DNA from: Eledone cirrhosa | Taxonomy: Eukaryota | DNA length: 64,000 bases | Assembly: GCA_964016885.1 (NCBI GenBank) | Contig: OZ024740.1 | Location: 402,628,001 to 402,692,000 of the forward strand | Direction: 5' to 3' | In this document: positions 57,009 through 64,000 of the stretch, piece by piece | Layout of the letters: each line of letters starts with the position of its first letter | Numbering within the stretch: the first letter of the stretch is position 1 | Position numbers and translations under genes: made by a program | Notes under the pieces: generated by a model | What the model was told of the DNA's origin: nothing | Database searches by the model: none | What the model saw: the letters and a program-made list of their open reading frames with translations, nothing else

Positions 57009-57420
57009 GGTCTAATCGGACGTATTTTGCTCGCCCCCAGTAAGTCGCTTTATTTGCTTGTTAAAATTATTTGTTGTTAAATATTTCTTGTTGTGTAAGG
57101 GATATAAGCCTTTAGACTTTGCCTTGTGAAGGGGAAAGTATAATATTTGGGCCTTTTGGCCCAAATATATGAACTATTTTTACATTTTAAAAAATTTACG
57201 GAGAAAAAATAAAAAAACATGGCTGAGCCACGCAGCGATATGTCTGCAGTCGTGCGACAACGACGTAGAAGTTGAGAGGAGCGCTTCAGTGAAATTAACA
57301 CAAATTGATAACACAAACACCACCACGAACAATGTAAACAAAGACACCAATAATACCAATGAGAACTCTAATTTTGAAAAGAATGACAGTAACAGCGACA
57401 ACGAAAATACAGATAACAAT

Positions 57421-58895
57421 GTGTCCCTCTTGTTCTCGTCTTTCCTTATCAGCGTCCCTACGCTCCGGCTCACAGAACTGGGAATACTCCCGTTTTGCTG
57501 AGAGTTGCAGTAGAGGGCTTCGAGGAGATTGGAGAACAAGTCTGGCATATTTACGTAAAGCTCGTAGGGCAGACCATCCAAACCGGGTGACTTTCGCCTC
57601 ATGCAGCCGACAAGGGCATCCTGAATCTCGGCTGAAGTAATTGGCCTTTCGCAGCGCCCAGCGTCAGCCGTCGAGAGTTGCGGCAAGCCATCGAGGTAGA
57701 GACTAAAGTCCGCCACCATCTCTGACCCGCCACTTCCCCCGAACAACCGAGCAAAATGTTAGCGAAAGGCTTCACACATCCGCTTGGAATCGTTCAGCTC
57801 GTGTCCGTCTCGGCCCGTCAAAGACCGAATCGTGGTTTTATTACCACGCTACGCCTCTGCCACGCGGGCCCATCGAACATATTTGATTCCCTCGTTTCTT
57901 AGAGCACGTGCCTTAGCTCTGACAATGCAGCCTTCGTGTTTCGCATTGAAGAAATGATCTAATGCCATTCTCGCCGCTAGCACATCAGTTGTAGTGCCAC
58001 TACCAATAGCCTCGTCTAACTTATCTACGAACTCCCCCTCCTTTCTATTTTTCTCTAACGCTACTTCTTTGCTAAACTCTATCGACATTACTTTAATCTC
58101 TCTTTTAAGAGCCGCCCCACCACCATCTATTGTTGACGACTCAACCTGTCAACGTTTTCTTAACTAAATGGTTCACCTGGTCCCTGTAAGCCTTACGTGC
58201 CGGAAATGACATGTTTAGCTTCCAGTAAGCAGGTCCTAACCTACGCCTCTTATCTAGGTCGACCATACAGATCACAAACTTGTGATCTGAATAGGCGACC
58301 GTTTCAAAACGTGGACAGCTTACACTATTTCTGTCTATTTGCCTAATGAATATCCTGTCTATATACGATCTAGATGACCTTATGCTTTTAGTCCAGGTCC
58401 ACAGTGGCGCATTAGATAATTGGAACTGGTTGATCAGGTTATTGAGGCTTTTGCACCCCCCGCTCCTATCGGATACTCCCACACAGTCCCAGCGTGCGTC
58501 TAAGATGCCGTTCCAGTCTCCCGCTAACAGTAAAGGGCGAAACGTACCCAGAAAGGCTTCCAGGCGTCTAAAGAAGTCCGGCCGACCTGCCACAGTAAGA
58601 GCATAGACGGCCACCAGTCTAAAGGCACCACCTTCGTTATTGTTCACGTCCAGGACCACCAACTTCCCGTCCGGATCCCGGAATATCGACCTTACCTCGA
58701 GATCCAGGCCTTTTCTAAACAGCACTGCCACCCTGCCTCCCATTCCCGGCCGGCTAACAGGTGCAAAGATCTGATAGTCGTCGAAATAGAAAATTTGGGC
58801 TAGTGCGCGCGTGTCGGAAACCCTGGTCTCGCTGACGGCAATTCCATACATTTCTAGAGACCTGAGATCATTGAGCAGGTGACCCTGCTTCCAGG
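57421..58895 (-). mobile_element. Tx1/L1-clade LINE ORF2 5' part (APE endonuclease to start of RT), inverted
   Basis: IAVSETR...GRVAVLF...FRLVAVYA...LAGDWNGILD...WTW...SYIDRIF...SDHKFV...WKLN, then RPITSAEI...KSPGLDGLPYELY...TLIRKD. Frameshifted. Confidence 0.92.
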
Positions 58896-59478
58896 ACGAT
58901 CCCAGGAGTCCATAGTGAAGATCGACCCGCCACCTTATTTTGGCCAGGAAGGGCAGGAAATTTTCCTCTGTCTGGTGGCAGTAGCGAAAGATGTTGTATG
59001 GTGGACGAGGTTGAAAGGACTGAAGACAGACACTTTTCTCTTCGGCCAATCCCTCATCAACTTTTTCAAGTTTCACTTGGAAAGGAAGGTGAGGGTGGAG
59101 AGAGAATTGCTGCCCCCCAGTACATTTGCTGAAAGGTGGGTGAATGTAGCGAGAATGGCCCGTGTGAGTGGACCTACTCTGGTCATGCGTCTGTGAGGTA
59201 GGTAAATTTGAGGAAGAGAGGGGTGCCCTTTCCAGGGTGCTCTCGAAGTGTCGGGTCGTTCAGGATTTGTGGTGTACCTGAGCGAACCCTGGGTGGTCAT
59301 CGCCCCTATTGGGGAATTTTTTCTTGTTGTAATTTTCTTGTTACTATATTGTTACTTTGTTATTGTTATTCATATTGTTTACTCGATTTTTCTGTAAAAC
59401 CTCACTGTCCCAGTCTTTTGTATTGTCCCCTATATGTCGGCCCTTGTAGCCAATAAATGAAATCATTATTATTATTAT

Positions 59479-59480
<2 letters not shown>
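58896..59480 (+). mobile_element. Tx1-like LINE 3' end (ORF2 C-terminus, 3' UTR, AATAAA, (ATT)n)
   Basis: SIVKIDPPP...LVAVAKDVVWWTR...FAERWV with stop at 59196. The UTR is shared with 56722. Confidence 0.8.
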
Positions 59481-59543
<63 letters not shown>

Positions 59544-60118
59544 ACAGCAGCACCAGCAGCAGCAGCAGCAGCAGCAGTAGCAATGGTAGCAGTATGATCA
59601 TAAACATTTCAAACTTCAGTATCGTTAAAACGGTATGAACATCAACATTATCTCCTCGTTGTCATCGGTATCATGTTGATGTTACTGATGATGATGATGA
59701 TAGTGATTACTGCTAAAATAATTGTATTTCTAAAAGGGAACAGAAAAAGCAGATAGTTAGAGCATTTATTCATTTATATATTTTTTATGATAGATTTATT
59801 CGTTTAGTTTATCTTATTTTATTTCTACTCAGTATCACCTGTTTTGTTATCCTCTTCATAAACATTGCGAGGTAAACTTAATTAGTAAAGATATTTACTC
59901 GAATTATTTCAATGAATGTGTCAGCAGATTATATTTAGCCAACAGTTTTATTTGAAGCAGTGATTCAATGTAAAACCTTCCGACTGTTAAACTGGATTTC
60001 TTCTCCTTTCCCATCTTTATATCCTTCCTCTATAGAAAATTATGCTTTATGAGCAAGGAGTTGAGAAAATTGAGAGGAAATATAAAGTGTTTATTGTTGC
60101 TTGTTGCAATATATGTGC

Positions 60119-60156
<38 letters not shown>

Positions 60157-60172
60157 CGTTTCCCAAAGCATG

Positions 60173-60220
<48 letters not shown>

Positions 60221-60351
60221 AACATATACACATTCGCAAAGCATAACAATATATATATATATATACACAAAGATATATACATTCGCATATATATATCTAT
60301 ATCTATATATATATATATATATATGTGTGTGTATATATATATATATGTATG

Positions 60352-60384
<33 letters not shown>

Positions 60385-60478
60385 ATTTATATATATATAT
60401 ATATATTTATTTATATATATATATATATATGTGTGTATATATATAAATATATATATATATATGTGTGTATATATATAT

Positions 60479-60577
<99 letters not shown>

Positions 60578-61544
60578 TATGTATACAATCATACACATTC
60601 GCATATATATGTATATATATATATATATGCAGTTATAAAACAGATTAAAATGATAATGCTGAAAACAAGTAGACTGGGACAACAATATTCGTATAATGTA
60701 ACATAACAAAAATGCAATACAAACATATAGAGAGACATTAAGTGGGAATTAGAATTCTATGACGTTAAATGGGACGAGATTTATAAAGAATATGTCATGA
60801 AATACGAAGCATATTACCTTCATATATACGGACATATAGTGAGGTTTCTATAGGAGATTTAAAGGACATTGAGTGGCATTCATTGCTTTCTCGATACCAT
60901 AGCTGAAATTTGAAAAATGTTAGTGATAACCTGAACCTGAAACGTATTTTAAGTAAAGAGAAATTTATGTATGTGGATTAATTAATTGACTACGGTATGT
61001 AACTTACCGGCCTGTGATAGATATGAAATCCAAAATGTAAGATATCACATAATGAATTATTCAAGAATAGGTTGCTCTCTAATATCTGAGCATTTGGAAT
61101 ACTGTGATTAATTTATATTCAAATTCACAGGACCGAAACATGTAATTGGCACTTAAATACGGGTGATGATATAAATTACCATATAACCTTCCAAAATATG
61201 TAAGATTTTGTCTATGATTATCATTGCTGTTCGACTTCTAAATAGATTAATGAATCTAATTGTTAAATGTTAGAATTATTCTGTTCTCTCTTAATCATAT
61301 GATCTCAAAGAAACACGCTTATTCATACATGGATTTGGATCACTTGAAAAATGTCAAATATCAAAACTCTCGTCGATTTATTTTCAAGTAATAGTAATAG
61401 AGAGATTAGTCTATAACCAGTATAGTCGTTAGGGCCCCGATTCTGTGATATGAATATAGAATTATATATATATATGTATCTAGGGCGGGTAAAATTCCCG
61501 CCATCCATGACGAGTTCTCTCTAGCATATATATATGATAATGGT

Positions 61545-61745
61545 TTCTTATTTAGGCACAAGGCCAACAATTCTGGGGGAAAGTAAAGTCGATTAAATCG
61601 ACCCAGTGCATAACTGGTACTTTATTTTATCGACCCAGTAAGGATGAAAGGCAAAGCTAACCTCGGCTAACTCAGAACGTAAAGGGTCATAATTCTATTC
61701 AAAACATGGTGTCTGGCGCTCTATCGATTTACCAACCAACCGTCC
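61545..61745 (-). mobile_element. Family A SINE
   Basis: Reverse-complement match to family A. Confidence 0.8.
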
Positions 61746-62072
61746 TAGCTAACATAATAGTTAATGTCACTAAATAGTGTCTCTGAGAATATTCATGATG
61801 TAGTTTTCAGTAGTAATTAAAATTCTATAATTTAAATAAAGAATATATGGGCATTATATAAGATTCTGGTTGTCTCGTTCAAGATGTTAGAAATAGGAGT
61901 CAAATCATATCAACTCTAGATAAGATACTGGCTGTCTCTATGCTGTCGATCAAAATGATAGAAATAGTACTCAAATCACATCAACGCACACTCTAAAATC
62001 TTGGAAATCTTAACATAGAACGAAGGAATGGAGAATGTTTCCTATGATATGCATATATATATATCAACTAAG

Positions 62073-62441
<369 letters not shown>

Positions 62442-62671
62442 GTGACCACATGGTCACGGGCAGAAAAGCTTTATCTTAGACTTATTTGATCAGGGCTAAG
62501 CTGGTGTTAAAAAACAACAATGCGACATTGCAATTACTTGTATTCAAGTTAACCATAGGATGTGTAACATACATGTTGAAACAAGTGTCTTCAAATGTAC
62601 TATGTCCTAATTATGTACAAATTAATTAGCATCATCTGCGTTCACAGAGACAGATGTTATCTGCGTGAACC

Positions 62672-62812
62672 AACAATTCCGCGCAGGACAACTCAGTGCC
62701 GACAATTCAGCGCCGACAATTCAGCGCCGACAATTCAGTGCATGACAATTTAGCGCAACGACAATTCAGCGCATGAAAATTTAGCGCAAGGACAATTCAG
62801 CGCAAGGACAAT
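62672..62812 (+). repeat. Tandem 14-16 bp repeat array (gacaattcagcgc[a/c]), about 10 units
   Basis: Direct inspection. Confidence 0.9.
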
Positions 62813-63494
62813 GCAAAACGATATATAATGTGTGTGTGTATATATATATATATATTTAAAAAAGGAAATAGAATGACTTCACTTGTGGTTCCAAATAATT
62901 TATTTTCTTCAAAAATCCAAAGGTTTACAATTTGAAATTTTTAAAGAGAGCTTGTGATGAAATTCTTAAGCAAAGATTTTTCTTAAGAGAAATATGTGTA
63001 GAAGGTGTATTTCTGAGCAGCGCATTAGGGGGTACAATTTGTTTGGGTCACTTAAGCTTGGATTCTTTTGTTCAAAAGAATGTGTCCCTAGCAATTTTTA
63101 GTACCAAAATCGAATTTGTGTGTGTCTGCGTGTGTGCGTAGGTAGTTAGTTTCTCAGTAGGAAAACAGAATAAAGGATTTTCCACTCGCTATCTCAACTC
63201 ACTACTACCACCAACCGCTTTCAACACTCCCCCATTGCTACACATATTAAAACCCCACCCACTCACAAACACACCAAATCCATTTATATAGAACTACACA
63301 GCACATACAAATCAGTTTGAAGACCGCGATTCAGCGAGAAAGTTCTTCACACACACATTATTTGTGGTACTTCCTTTTTAGGAATCCGGTTGGTTACTGA
63401 GTATGGAAATCGAGCCGATAAGTTGGAGTACTTGCGCACTCTAAGTTACCAAATTGAACTACAGAAGTAAATTATTATTAATATTTCTTTAGGG

Positions 63495-63630
63495 TGGGGG
63501 ATTGGCAGTATCGGTAGAGAGTCGGACGCCCTGATTTCCAGCATAGTTACGTCTCTTTACAGTCTGAGTTCAAATCCCGCCGAGGTTTACTTTGCCTTTC
63601 ATCCTTACGGGATCGATAAAATAAAGTACC
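63495..63630 (+). mobile_element. Family A SINE (3'-truncated)
   Basis: ttggcagtatcggtagagagtcggacgcc...gagttcaaatcccgccgagg...gataaaataaagtacc. Confidence 0.85.
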
Positions 63631-64000
63631 ATATAAACGGCTGTTATTTCTAGCAGAACGAGTATGCGGCAACTAGAAACTGGAAAACCATGTGCGTTAA
63701 ACAGTCTTTTTAAAATATTTTGAAGTGAAACATACCAATTGTTCAGGGTACTTGCTGAGGAGAGCTGAACGGGGTATTTTTACACTTTTTCATTTCGAAA
63801 CTTATTTGGATTTTGAAGTTTAAACTTATCTACGGAACAGGTTTGATTTTGAAATTTAAATGGGTCCAAGTACCACGGCCATTTGCCAATATCGTTTGTT
63901 TTTATTGATTTATTATTTTAAATCGAGACAGGCAAACTGTATTATTATAATTAGTATTTTTCAATCTAGCTAACTTAGTCATTTACAATACAAACACTTA

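Noticed and set aside
62672-62812. CRISPR-like array
   Set aside because: Units are 14-16 bp with no unique spacers, there are no cas genes, and the context is eukaryotic.

Overview
AT-rich, microsatellite-dense eukaryotic non-coding DNA. The SINE families and the (TA)n/(CA)n/(GA)n load suggest an octopus or other cephalopod genome (inference). I cannot support any intact host protein-coding gene, and most supplied ORFs are microsatellite translations. The window is a mosaic of mobile elements: Penelope-like elements (PLEs) with Naiad-type CxCx5Cx5C plus GIY-YIG ends, Tx1/L1, RTE and CRE LINE fragments, about 20 tRNA-derived SINE copies, two tandem non-autonomous Helitrons, and piggyBac-like and mariner-like MITEs. 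The most striking signal is a set of at least 8 unrelated short element families, mostly sitting in (TA)n tracts, that carry type I hammerhead ribozyme (HHR) motifs. Seven have a complete catalytic core, one pair shows stem covariation, and one ends exactly at its GUC cleavage site. Many copies are fold-back palindromes centred on the ribozyme's stem II. Two copies of one family have copy-specific homogenised arms and opposite (flip/flop) loop orientation, which points to hairpin-primed DNA synthesis at insertion. A tRNA-headed element shares the same architecture. All pairings were derived by eye and coordinates of degenerate elements are approximate.
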